Source: an uncultured Candidatus Saccharibacteria bacterium (GTDB taxonomy: Bacteria > Patescibacteriota > Minisyncoccia > UBA6257 > 2-01-FULL-56-20). From it: 64,000 nt of DNA. Below the pieces are notes generated by a model, which ran no database searches, had not been told where the DNA came from, and was given only the letters and a program-made list of their open reading frames with translations. Of this stretch, positions 45,313 through 53,444 are shown one piece after another (position 1 is the first letter of the stretch; every line of letters begins with the position of its first letter). Both the position numbers and the translations under genes were made by a program. Location: contig CAYHZA010000006.1 of the NCBI GenBank assembly GCA_964361095.1, positions 1,828-65,827 on the forward strand. Direction: 5' to 3'.

Positions 45313-45921
45313 TTACGAGGCGTGCTTCGCGAGGAGGTCGTATTCTTTTATGATGTTGTTTGCAAAACCCCAGTCAAGGTTTTTGAAAAAGGCGTCGAGA
45401 TACGGCTTTCGGTCAATGCCATAGTCCATCGCGTAGGCGTGTTCATAGACATCGAGAACAATAACGGGAATCGCTCCCCAGACGGCGCCTACATTATGTG
45501 AATCCGAGCCGTAGTTATGGAGACGATTATCGCGGAAATCAAAGGCAAGAATCGCCCATCCGCGGGCGCAGATAGCGGTTGTAACCATATCCAATTTCCA
45601 CTCGTCCAAAGAGTCAAAATCTTTCTCTATCATTTTTACCAACTCCCCTTTCGGTTCTCCGTCGCCGGACAGATGCCCAAAATACACTTCGTGCAGTTTC
45701 ATTCCGTTTACGGCGAATGTCTCCTGCCGCTTCAGCTCGCCAATCATGCTATAAACCCCATTCGCCTCTGATTTATCGGCGCCGTCGATTTTTTCTTGAA
45801 TCTCGTTCGTTTTTTTAACGTATCCTTCGTACAGCTTAAAATGCGCCTGTATCATTTTGAGCGTCAATCCGGGCCGATCTTTGTCGATTTTTAATTTATC
45901 TGCCTCAAATGGTTTATGCAT
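45313..45921 (-). CDS. sodA: Fe/Mn superoxide dismutase
   Basis: ..DVYEHAYAMDYG.. C-terminal signature and an N-terminal helical domain. An alternative start at 45960 would overlap the palindrome. Confidence 0.8.
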   Translation of the reverse strand: MHKPFEADKLKIDKDRPGLTLKMIQAHFKLYEGYVKKTNEIQEKIDGADKSEANGVYSMIGELKRQETFAVNGMKLHEVYFGHLSGDGEPKGELVKMIEKDFDSLDEWKLDMVTTAICARGWAILAFDFRDNRLHNYGSDSHNVGAVWGAIPVIVLDVYEHAYAMDYGIDRKPYLDAFFKNLDWGFANNIIKEYDLLAKHAS

Positions 45922-45948
45922 GCGAAATTTTAATAAATTAAAACTTTG

Positions 45949-45980
45949 TGCCGAACGCATAGAACACTATGTGTTCGGCA
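45949..45980. promoter_or_regulatory. 32-nt imperfect palindrome TGCCGAACGCATAGAACACTATGTGTTCGGCA upstream of sod; half-site related to the 23450-23481 palindrome
   Basis: 13/14 arm complementarity. Shared CCGAnCnCATA half-site with the 23450-23481 palindrome. Confidence 0.45.
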
Positions 45981-46021
45981 TTCAATAATTTAAGTTTATT
46001 CATATGTAATCTTCCGAAATA

Positions 46022-46765
46022 TTATTCTAGTGACGTAATAAAAATCTTAACTTCTCCGGTTGCTTTATTCACGATAGCTCCATCAGAGGATCCATCCTGG
46101 ATGTTAGTACTGGGCGAAAGATCAAACCTGTAATAATCATCGGGATTCTTTAAGGTAGGCCACAGATCTTTTACCAACTTGATGGTAGCGTAGGTCCGGT
46201 TTGTTTTTTTTAGGTAATCTTGCAGAATTTTTAAAGCTTGTTCTTCGGTAAGCATGGATGTTTTTGAGTCACTAGTCTTGGTTCGATATTCAACAATTAT
46301 CTCCTGTTTGTCATTGAGAATCAACTTCTCGAATTCCGTGCTCTGCTTCCCGTTCACCGTCATCACGACTTCGTGAGCATCATCCGCTGATTTGTCGAGT
46401 AGTTGGATCGAAGAAAACGGCTTGCCCCAGAGCGTAAAGAAATCTCCCAGTGTAAAATCTTGCGGAAAGTTCGGTTCGATATGAATCTCGCCGGAACTAT
46501 CGTGCGTATGAAGCGCGCGCTCGCACCCGATTACCCCAAGACCGATGGTTGGAGACACCGCGATATCTTTTCCATCAATCATAATTTTTATATGCGGATG
46601 GATATGAAGATTTTCCGGAATTGGCAGAGTCGGATTAATACATGGCACGTTACCCGTTCCGTCCGGTCCGCTTCCTGAGGGGAAGAAATTTTTATACCCC
46701 AAAAGAAGAACTCCCGCCGTGACGGCGAGAAATACATATATAAATGTTTTGTTTGGTTTTTGCAT
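46022..46765 (-). CDS. Secreted His-rich protein (HIHPH / HTHDSSGEIH motifs), putative metal-binding
   Basis: Signal peptide; motifs resemble the HxHP repeats of the 16902..19163 protein. Confidence 0.5.
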   Translation of the reverse strand: MQKPNKTFIYVFLAVTAGVLLLGYKNFFPSGSGPDGTGNVPCINPTLPIPENLHIHPHIKIMIDGKDIAVSPTIGLGVIGCERALHTHDSSGEIHIEPNFPQDFTLGDFFTLWGKPFSSIQLLDKSADDAHEVVMTVNGKQSTEFEKLILNDKQEIIVEYRTKTSDSKTSMLTEEQALKILQDYLKKTNRTYATIKLVKDLWPTLKNPDDYYRFDLSPSTNIQDGSSDGAIVNKATGEVKIFITSLE

Positions 46766-46964
46766 GCTTCAATATTTTAACACAACTATGCCGCTAAAAA
46801 AGACTAGCCAGTCCTTTGTTAAAAATCCTGGTCCTCGCTATCCATTACGAAAACCTCCACACTACGAGTACAAGAGCGCCTATCAAAATAAAAAGAGGGG
46901 CACTCTCAATCGGCTTTTCGCAGCATATTTGACATTTTCTCGGTAGTCGCTAAACTTACATTGT

Positions 46965-47165
46965 ATGAGTATCGATTTAGCCGTAAAAAGAAATTTAAAA
47001 AACAGGAAAGTTACCGTTCAAATAGACGCAGATAAGCTGGAGCGGCTTGCGGCGAGTTTTGGGTTTCTTAACCCTGATTTTCTTAAGAGCTTGGATCGAG
47101 CAGAAAAAAACTACGCAGCAGGCAGATACCGCAAAATCAAATCCTTGCGGGATGTGAAGCGGTAA
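46965..47165 (+). CDS. Putative type II antitoxin
   Basis: 66-aa ORF immediately upstream of, and abutting, a RelE/ParE toxin gene. Confidence 0.45.
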   Translation: MSIDLAVKRNLKNRKVTVQIDADKLERLAASFGFLNPDFLKSLDRAEKNYAAGRYRKIKSLRDVKR

Positions 47166-47438
47166 ATGCTTGAGATTTTTGCCACCAACGAATTTGAGGA
47201 ACGATATCGGAAACTTCCGGTGATTGTTCGGAAGAAGGCAGAAAAACAGGAAATTCTTTTTCGCGAAAATCCTTTTTATCCCTCCCTCCATACCGAAAAA
47301 CTGGAGCCAAAAGGAAAACAAGTGTGGAGTTTTCGTGTTGATAAAAAGTATCGGATATTCTTTCGATTTTTAGAGGAAAATAAAGTTTTATTTCTCACCG
47401 TTGGCCCGCACGATTGGATTTATAAGTTGAGATTTTAA
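47166..47438 (+). CDS. RelE/ParE-family type II toxin
   Basis: ..WSFRVDKKYRIFFRF.E.NKVLFLTVGPHD.IY.. RelE/ParE signature. Confidence 0.65.
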   Translation: MLEIFATNEFEERYRKLPVIVRKKAEKQEILFRENPFYPSLHTEKLEPKGKQVWSFRVDKKYRIFFRFLEENKVLFLTVGPHDWIYKLRF

Positions 47439-47745
47439 GCGTGTCCGCGCAATGGGCGTAAAAAGAATTACGTAATATATTGCGTAACTCAAATTTTAGT
47501 TGGCAAAAATAAAAACAAGGAGTGCGAAGAAAAAATCGGAGATAAAAAAAGCGCCGTGTCCGATTGGCAAAAAGCCGAAAATGGCGTAAAATATTGAAAA
47601 TTGCCGGCTTGCCCGCCGAAACTTTAGTGAAGGCGGGGTCGCCCGCCTGCCCTCCTGCTGAGGGTAAAACGGCCGGCAGGTCTAACGGCCCCGAAACATT
47701 CTTCGAATGTAACGGGGTAAATAGTCCATCGGCCAGCACAAAGTT

Positions 47746-47763
47746 CCGCGCAAAGCTGGGGGA
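47746..47763. repeat. Left arm (CCGCGCAAAGCTGGGGGA) of a perfect 18-bp inverted repeat; right arm at 48222-48239
   Basis: Exact reverse-complement match. A 13-bp inner inverted repeat (47776-47788 with 48119-48131) and a 10-bp direct repeat CTTGCCCCGC (47772-47781 and 48152-48161) are nested inside. Confidence 0.7.
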
Positions 47764-47788
47764 TCGTCTAACTTGCCCCGCCAAATTT

Positions 47789-48139
47789 ATGCCATGTTAT
47801 ATTTATATTCTATGTAATAAGGTTGGAAAACACTATGTAGGTATAACCAAGCTAGACCCAGAAAAGCGCCTATTACGACATAATCGGGGCGAGGTATATT
47901 CGACAAAATTTGGTATACCGTGGCAGGTCGTGTATTTTGAAAAACATAACAATTACCGCGAAGCCCGAGAAAAAGAAAAACAAATAAAAAGCTGGCATGG
48001 CGGCAATGCATTCAAAAAGTTTCTGCACATTACTGCGGGGTCGTCTAGCGGTAGGACATCGGCCTTTGGAGCCGAGTACCCTGGTTCGAATCCAGGCCCC
48101 GCAGCAATGCGCAGAAACAAATTTGGCGGGGTGAAGTAG
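47789..48139 (+). CDS. GIY-YIG nuclease-superfamily protein (YhbQ/UPF0213-like); the reading frame has no stop before running through the tRNA-Gln gene
   Basis: YIYILCNKVGKHYVGITKLDPEKRLLRHNRGE....YFEKHNNYREAREKEKQIKSWHG. The true C-terminus is uncertain. Confidence 0.55.
   Translation: MPCYIYILCNKVGKHYVGITKLDPEKRLLRHNRGEVYSTKFGIPWQVVYFEKHNNYREAREKEKQIKSWHGGNAFKKFLHITAGSSSGRTSAFGAEYPGSNPGPAAMRRNKFGGVK
48035..48103 (+). tRNA. tRNA-Gln (anticodon TTG)
   Basis: Acceptor GCGGGGT/..CCCCGC, anticodon arm TCGGC-CTTTGGA-GCCGA (U33, anticodon UUG), T-arm CCTGG-TTCGAAT-CCAGG. CCA is not encoded. Confidence 0.6.
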
Positions 48140-48277
48140 GACAGCGGCCTTCTTGCCCCGCTAAAGGCGGGGTGGAGACGTATCCCGCCTATGGCGGGAC
48201 AAGTCGGGGTTCGAATCCCTGTCCCCCAGCTTTGCGCGGGAAAACCGTGAATTGGGGTTCGATTCCCTGCCCGGCAG
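48116..48277 (+). other. Two tRNA-like 3' fragments (T-arm plus acceptor-3'-like: CGGGGTTCGAATCCCTG-TCCCCCAGC at 48205-48230; TGGGGTTCGATTCCCTG-CCCGGCAGC at 48253-48278) and GC hairpins. No complete cloverleaf could be folded.
   Basis: Manual folding. tRNA 5'-like fragments (GCGGGGTCG at 47633; GCTGGGGGATCGTCTAAC at 47755) lie upstream of the GIY-YIG ORF. Confidence 0.45.
48222..48239. repeat. Right arm (TCCCCCAGCTTTGCGCGG) of the 18-bp inverted repeat
   Basis: Exact reverse complement of 47746-47763. Confidence 0.7.
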
Positions 48278-48279
48278 CT

Positions 48280-48336
48280 GATTTGTAAGCGTACAAATCA
48301 CGTCGAAACGAGTACGCTTTCGACGCTCATTTTTAT
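48280..48336 (+). terminator. Tandem hairpins (GATTTGTA/TACAAATC and GTCGAAA/TTTCGAC) followed by a T-run
   Basis: Stem-loops followed by CTCATTTTTAT. Confidence 0.55.
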
Positions 48337-48359
48337 AGTATCGAGGTAGACCACAACAC

Positions 48360-48827
48360 ATGAAAGCTTTCATTAACAAAACCCACCACTTTCTTACTAA
48401 GAATAAGGTTGTTGTTGTTTTAATTATCGTCTTATCCGTCGTTGGTACGGCATATACTTTTTTACAAAAAAGTTCGCCCTCAGAAACTTATAATGTTACA
48501 TCAAAAAATCAAGAAGGGGGTATCACGGCTGGTAAGATTGTTGTTGAGGGTGCGACGCCACGACACCTCAATACAGAACACATTGCTGAATTGAATAAAT
48601 ATTTGCCTCCGAGTAGAGAGATGGAAATACAGATTTGGTATTTAATGGGAAATGCAGAGGCTCAACAATATGCTTCAGAAATTAAATCATATCTAGAATC
48701 GCAGGGTTGGAAAGTTGATCCATTTCTGGGGAGTTTTAATTTGTTTGAACCAGTAGTTGGCGTACACGTTAAGAATCTCGGAAAAGAAGGTAAGTGGAGA
48801 TTTGAAGTAGGGAGCATGCCTCAGTAA
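48360..48827 (+). CDS. Membrane-anchored hypothetical protein
   Basis: N-terminal TM helix and a 120-aa soluble domain; no homology. Confidence 0.4.
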   Translation: MKAFINKTHHFLTKNKVVVVLIIVLSVVGTAYTFLQKSSPSETYNVTSKNQEGGITAGKIVVEGATPRHLNTEHIAELNKYLPPSREMEIQIWYLMGNAEAQQYASEIKSYLESQGWKVDPFLGSFNLFEPVVGVHVKNLGKEGKWRFEVGSMPQ

Positions 48828-49024
48828 CGCCCCAACCGAGACCCTCCTTCGCATTATCCCTCGCATTGCTCGGGATCTTCGCTCCGCTACGAGCTACGGA
48901 CGGGCAAAACGGGTCAGCGCATAGCGAGAGACCGAAAAGGGCCAGTTTGATCTATAGAGTCGCCCAAATAATACGCATACCGTTAAAAATTTGCAGTTTA
49001 TCTGTTTCATGTTATCGTAAAAAT

Positions 49025-49243
49025 ATGAACACTATTACTATTCCTAAAAAAGTAGCGGCACGAGGCGATCTTGTGGTTATACCCCGTAAGGATTATGAGG
49101 CACTTTTGGAATTAAAAAGACTCAAGGAATTTTCTCCAACTGTTGCGCAAAAAAAGGCGCTCGTTAGAGCCGAACAAAATTTCCGAAAAGGGAAAACCCT
49201 CGCGTATCATGAGCTTGCCAAAAAACTGGGGTTTACGCGTTGA
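49025..49243 (+). CDS. Putative AbrB/MazE-like antitoxin
   Basis: MNTITIPKKVAARGDLVVIPRKDYE.. swapped-hairpin-like N-terminus; overlaps the downstream toxin gene. Confidence 0.45.
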   Translation: MNTITIPKKVAARGDLVVIPRKDYEALLELKRLKEFSPTVAQKKALVRAEQNFRKGKTLAYHELAKKLGFTR

Positions 49244-49478
49244 TCCTGCTGTTTTTAAAGCATTGAAGGGAATACCTCGGCGCGACGTCGAGGTTATTCT
49301 TGAAGCAATCCGGCTTTTGCCAATTAATCCTTATTTCGGAGATATTCAGAAAATGAAAGGCGAAAGCAACGTATGGCGTCGCCGCGCGGGGTCTTATAGG
49401 ATTTTCTATAAAATTGATGGTATCAACAAGATCATTCTGGTATTTCATTTTGAGCGAAGAACTTCGAAAACTTATTAA
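49209..49478 (+). CDS. RelE/ParE-family type II toxin
   Basis: ..NVWRRRAGSYRIFYKIDGINKIILVFHFERR.. RelE signature. Start at ATG 49209 overlaps the antitoxin 3' end by 35 nt. Confidence 0.65.
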   Translation: MSLPKNWGLRVDPAVFKALKGIPRRDVEVILEAIRLLPINPYFGDIQKMKGESNVWRRRAGSYRIFYKIDGINKIILVFHFERRTSKTY

Positions 49479-49501
49479 AAGCCCCGACCGAGATTGATTC
49501 C

Positions 49502-51082
49502 ATGGAAAAAACTCCGACAAAATCAAAATCCATAAATAGCATGCCGCAAGGTAATGTCATTTTGCGCTTCAATAAGGTTTCCTTTGAATATGGCAAAAAT
49601 CCCATCTTAAGCGAGACGGATTTTTCTATCCGCGAAGGGTCGAAAATTACGCTCATGGGGCAAAACGGGGCGGGCAAAAGCACGATCTTCCAATTGATCA
49701 TGGGCAACCTACAATCCGAATCCGGCGACGTCATCGTCACCAAGGGACTCACGATGGCAACCGCGCGCCAAGTCATCCCCCGCGATGAAATGGAGCTCAC
49801 GGTAAAAGAGTTTTTTGAGAAAGCGTTTATGACCCCTTCGACAGATTCGACAAGCACTTCGGCCGTGAGCTCAGTGCCGAACGGCTCACTGCGGGCAGGC
49901 TCAGGGCGAACCTCGCAGGTTCGAAAAATCTATGATATCGAGCCGCGCATAAAAAAAGTTTTGAGCGTTGTGCATCTCGTGGTCCCCTACGAAAAAATAT
50001 TAAGCAAGCTTTCCGGTGGCCAGCAAGCGCGACTGCTTCTCGCGCAGGCGCTGATACAAGACCCCGATATACTCCTCCTCGACGAACCGACGAATAATCT
50101 TGACAAGCAAGGCATCGCCCACCTTACGCAATTTTTGGTCGACTATCCGAAAACATGCATTGTCATCTCCCATGACGCGGGTTTTTTGAACTCTTTCACG
50201 CATGGCGTTCTTTATCTTGATGTTTTTACGAAAAAAATAGAACAGTATCAAGGAGATTATTTGGCGGTCGTCGAAGAGATCAAAGCGCGGCTTGAGCGCG
50301 AACGCATGAAAAACGTGCGGCTCGAACGCGACATTCAGAACCGAAAAGAGCAGGCAAGTTTTTTCGCGCAGAAAGGCGGCCATATGCGCGACGTCGCCCG
50401 TAAGATGAACGAAAAGATAGAAGAGCTTGAAGGCGATATCGTTGAAGTGCGGCGCGAAGATAAAACAATCAGGAGTTTCGCGATTCTCTGTCAGGAAGAC
50501 ATCAGCGGCCGCATCCTTGAGTTGAAATCCGTTTCTATTATAAAAGACCACAAGCCCACGGCAAAAAAAGTAAATGTAATGCTGAAGAAAAAGGAGCGTT
50601 TGCTCCTCGTAGGTCCGAACGGCATCGGGAAAACAACGCTTCTTGAAACACTCGCGAGCGGTCACGCCAAGGGTGAACACGTCACGCCGGGCATCCGCAT
50701 CGGTTACTATCGCCAGGATTTTTCGACGCTGGATTTTGAGGAAACCGTATATAAGACACTCTCGAACGCGATGCGAAGCGGAACGGAACAAGAACTTCGC
50801 TCCTGCGCCGCCGGATTCCTTTTAGACGCGGAGATTCTCAAAGCAAAAATAGGTGCTCTTTCCGAGGGTCAAAAGGGGCTTGTCGCATTCGCGAAGCTAT
50901 CGCTTGAACGGCCGGGTCTGCTTATTCTCGACGAACCGACGAACCACATCAACTTCCGCCATATTCCCGTAATCGCGCACGCCCTGAATCGCTATGAAGG
51001 AGCAATGGTTCTCGTAAGCCACGTTCCCGATTTCGTAAAACAGATAAAAATCGACCAGGTGCTTGACCTTGAGGCTCTTTAG
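49502..51082 (+). CDS. ABC-F family ATPase (two ABC domains, no TMD; translation-associated)
   Basis: Two Walker A sites (GQNGAGKST, GPNGIGKTT) and two ABC signatures (LSGGQQARL, LSEGQKGLV) flanking a charged linker. Confidence 0.85.
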   Translation: MEKTPTKSKSINSMPQGNVILRFNKVSFEYGKNPILSETDFSIREGSKITLMGQNGAGKSTIFQLIMGNLQSESGDVIVTKGLTMATARQVIPRDEMELTVKEFFEKAFMTPSTDSTSTSAVSSVPNGSLRAGSGRTSQVRKIYDIEPRIKKVLSVVHLVVPYEKILSKLSGGQQARLLLAQALIQDPDILLLDEPTNNLDKQGIAHLTQFLVDYPKTCIVISHDAGFLNSFTHGVLYLDVFTKKIEQYQGDYLAVVEEIKARLERERMKNVRLERDIQNRKEQASFFAQKGGHMRDVARKMNEKIEELEGDIVEVRREDKTIRSFAILCQEDISGRILELKSVSIIKDHKPTAKKVNVMLKKKERLLLVGPNGIGKTTLLETLASGHAKGEHVTPGIRIGYYRQDFSTLDFEETVYKTLSNAMRSGTEQELRSCAAGFLLDAEILKAKIGALSEGQKGLVAFAKLSLERPGLLILDEPTNHINFRHIPVIAHALNRYEGAMVLVSHVPDFVKQIKIDQVLDLEAL

Positions 51083-51096
51083 AAAAGCCTACGACA

Positions 51097-52041
51097 ATGT
51101 CGAAATCTATCCACATTCTTGTTACCGAACCGGAATATTTTACTCCCGAATCATTGCGGAGCATGGAGAAGGTTGGCAAAGTTATCGCGAAACGAATGAC
51201 GCGGAATGAGCTACTCCGAGCGATCGAGAATGTGGATGTTCTTGTTGTTCGCATCGAAACTAACGTAGATAGAGAACTATTGCGACACGCGAAGCGACTT
51301 CGGTGCGTTGTTTCTACGACAACAGGATTAAACCATATTAATGTACGCGCGCTGGAACTGAGTAAGATACTTCTTTTTTCTCTCCGAGGAACACATTCCG
51401 TTTCCACCGCCGAACATGCGCTTGCCCTCCTTTTTTCGGCAGCCCGTAACATACCCACCGCACACACTCATATAAAAGATGGCGGTTGGACAAGATGGAA
51501 ATATATCGGTACCGAGTTAACAGGTAAGACGCTGGGGATTTTTGGAATCGGCCGTGTCGGCACCGAGATTGCAAAGCGCGCCCGTGGCCTCCATATGAAC
51601 GTGATTGCCTATGATCCTTATGTCAAAAAAAACGAAATAGCGCGTCGTGGCGCAACAAAAGTCGCGAGAATAGCTTTTATTAAAAAGAGCGATTTTATTT
51701 CCCTGCATGCACCCCTTACCAAAGAAACAAAAGGATTCTTCGGGCAAAAAGAAATTCATATGATGAAACAATCGGCAATTCTTATCAATACCGCCCGAGG
51801 CGCAATTGTGGAAGAGAGAGCACTCCTTGAAGCGCTTAAGAATCAACGTATCCGAGCGGCGGCAATTGATGTATATCAGGAAGAACCCCTGCCATCTTCA
51901 AGTCCCCTTCTCCGCTATGCGAGAAAACACCAAAATCTAATCCTTACTCCTCATATTGGCGCGTCAACCGAAGAAGCATTACGCAATGCAAGCGCATTCG
52001 CCGCGAAAAATATTAGACGTTTTTTCGGATTACATAAATAA
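51097..52041 (+). CDS. D-isomer-specific 2-hydroxyacid dehydrogenase (SerA/GhrA-like), NAD-binding
   Basis: GIFGIGRVG Rossmann motif and a catalytic His/Glu region (..TPHIGAST.E). Confidence 0.8.
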   Translation: MSKSIHILVTEPEYFTPESLRSMEKVGKVIAKRMTRNELLRAIENVDVLVVRIETNVDRELLRHAKRLRCVVSTTTGLNHINVRALELSKILLFSLRGTHSVSTAEHALALLFSAARNIPTAHTHIKDGGWTRWKYIGTELTGKTLGIFGIGRVGTEIAKRARGLHMNVIAYDPYVKKNEIARRGATKVARIAFIKKSDFISLHAPLTKETKGFFGQKEIHMMKQSAILINTARGAIVEERALLEALKNQRIRAAAIDVYQEEPLPSSSPLLRYARKHQNLILTPHIGASTEEALRNASAFAAKNIRRFFGLHK

Positions 52042-52158
52042 AACAACAATATCCTATCTCCATCTCGGACCGAGGTCTGTCAATAATTCCCTTCCTTATA
52101 CCCCATAAAAAGTCCTCCGCTTGTCCACGCGAAACGCCAATGCTACGCTGAAAGCGTA

Positions 52159-53148
52159 ATGAATCCTGAGACAACAACCAAACGGAGCCCCATTGTTCTT
52201 ATGTGGAAATTCGCGGCCGTTGAAGCTGTCGCGTTCTTCCTTTATTTCGTGGCGACCCTCCTTGGAAATGCAAAGTATGAATTCTACGACCAGCTCTCTT
52301 TTTCGAACTTTCTCTCTTACCAAGCGGCAAAAATGCTTTTCTTGTCCGGCGCCCAATTCGCTCTCACGGTCTACGCATTCCTCTCATGGTACTACGAAGA
52401 TTACACGATCCGACCGGGCTCAATACAGCACTCGCGCGGTGTCATTTTTAAAAAAGAAAAAAATTTTCCAACCGACAGCTCTACGTCGATCACTATTTCA
52501 TCCGGTCTTTTGGGAAAACTTCTCCACTATGGCTCAATACGTATAAAAAATGGCGTATCCTTGTTGGTACTACCTCACATCTCGCGACCGGAACGGATCG
52601 TAAAAGCCATCCGACAAGAATACTCAGCGGACGAAAATGCCTTCGCCGAAAAACCAAACATAGATCAGCTCCTCGCCGAAAACGAACACAATCAGCTGGA
52701 ATTCAAGTCATCCCTCCGATTCGACTATAAAGCGGGGCAGGCTAACCGGGACATCGAGAAAGCCGCGATGAAGACGATCGCAGCTTTTATGAATTCCAAC
52801 GGCGGATATCTAGTGGTCGGCGTAAGCGACACTCGCGCACCTCTGGGACTTCGCAGCGACTACATGACCCTCCAAAGAAAAGACAGCGACGGATTCGAAA
52901 ATCATTTTACCCAATCCTTCAATAGTATGATCGGCCCCGAGTTTCGCAACCTCGTAAAACTGTGGTTTCACAATATTCGCGAACACGACCTCTGCGCTAT
53001 TCAAGTACTCCCCAGCCCGCGGCCGGTTTATCTTAAAGCCGACAACAACGAACAATTTTATATGCGGACGGGAAACATTTCGACCGCCTTGAAATTGAGC
53101 GAAATAGAATCGTACGCGCGTTCCCGTTGGCCACAACGGGCAAGTTGA
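52159..53148 (+). CDS. Membrane protein fusing a bacterial PH (YdbT/bPH_2-like) domain to an AlbA_2/Schlafen-like domain
   Basis: Two N-terminal TM helices. The C-terminal ..HNQLEFKSSLRFDYKAGQANRDIEKAAMKTIAAFMNSNGGYLVVGVSD.. is typical of the AlbA_2 core. Confidence 0.5.
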   Translation: MNPETTTKRSPIVLMWKFAAVEAVAFFLYFVATLLGNAKYEFYDQLSFSNFLSYQAAKMLFLSGAQFALTVYAFLSWYYEDYTIRPGSIQHSRGVIFKKEKNFPTDSSTSITISSGLLGKLLHYGSIRIKNGVSLLVLPHISRPERIVKAIRQEYSADENAFAEKPNIDQLLAENEHNQLEFKSSLRFDYKAGQANRDIEKAAMKTIAAFMNSNGGYLVVGVSDTRAPLGLRSDYMTLQRKDSDGFENHFTQSFNSMIGPEFRNLVKLWFHNIREHDLCAIQVLPSPRPVYLKADNNEQFYMRTGNISTALKLSEIESYARSRWPQRAS

Positions 53149-53162
53149 GATAGTATAATCAC

Positions 53163-53444
53163 ATGAAAAATAATATCATTAAAAGTGCGCTCTTAAATGC
53201 GTTCGCAACGGCTCTCTATATTGCAGGGGTGGCTTCGTTCCTCTTCTACGCGCCCAAGGTATTCCAACCAGAGAAAGCTGATACGATGCTTGCTCCTATG
53301 GTGATGCTTATGCTCTTCGTATTTTCAGTGGCTTTTACCGGCTCATTAATATTCGGCCGACCGATACTTTGGTACATGGACGGAAAAAGAAAGAAGCCCT
53401 TTCTTTGCTTTTCTACACGCTGGGGATATTCTTCGTCATCATGA
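53163..53444 (+). CDS. Small membrane protein (2 TM)
   Basis: Hydrophobic 93-aa ORF with no homology. Confidence 0.3.
   Translation: MKNNIIKSALLNAFATALYIAGVASFLFYAPKVFQPEKADTMLAPMVMLMLFVFSVAFTGSLIFGRPILWYMDGKRKKPFLCFSTRWGYSSSS

Noticed and set aside
47564-48139. 191-aa ORF-track CDS spanning the region upstream of GIY-YIG through tRNA-Gln
   Set aside because: Only the segment from ATG 47789 shows GIY-YIG similarity. The upstream 225 nt translate to low-complexity sequence and are composed of tRNA-like fragments and GC hairpins. The 3' part overlaps the tRNA.
48125-48278. Second and third tRNA genes downstream of tRNA-Gln
   Set aside because: Both have good T-arms and acceptor-3'-like ends, but I could not find matching 5' acceptor strands at the right distance, and the anticodon arms are absent or non-canonical (an AAA anticodon in the only possible fold). 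Treated as tRNA-like fragments rather than genes.
50000-50791. 263-aa minus-strand ORF inside the ABC-F gene
   Set aside because: Antisense shadow ORF of a confidently identified two-domain ABC ATPase.
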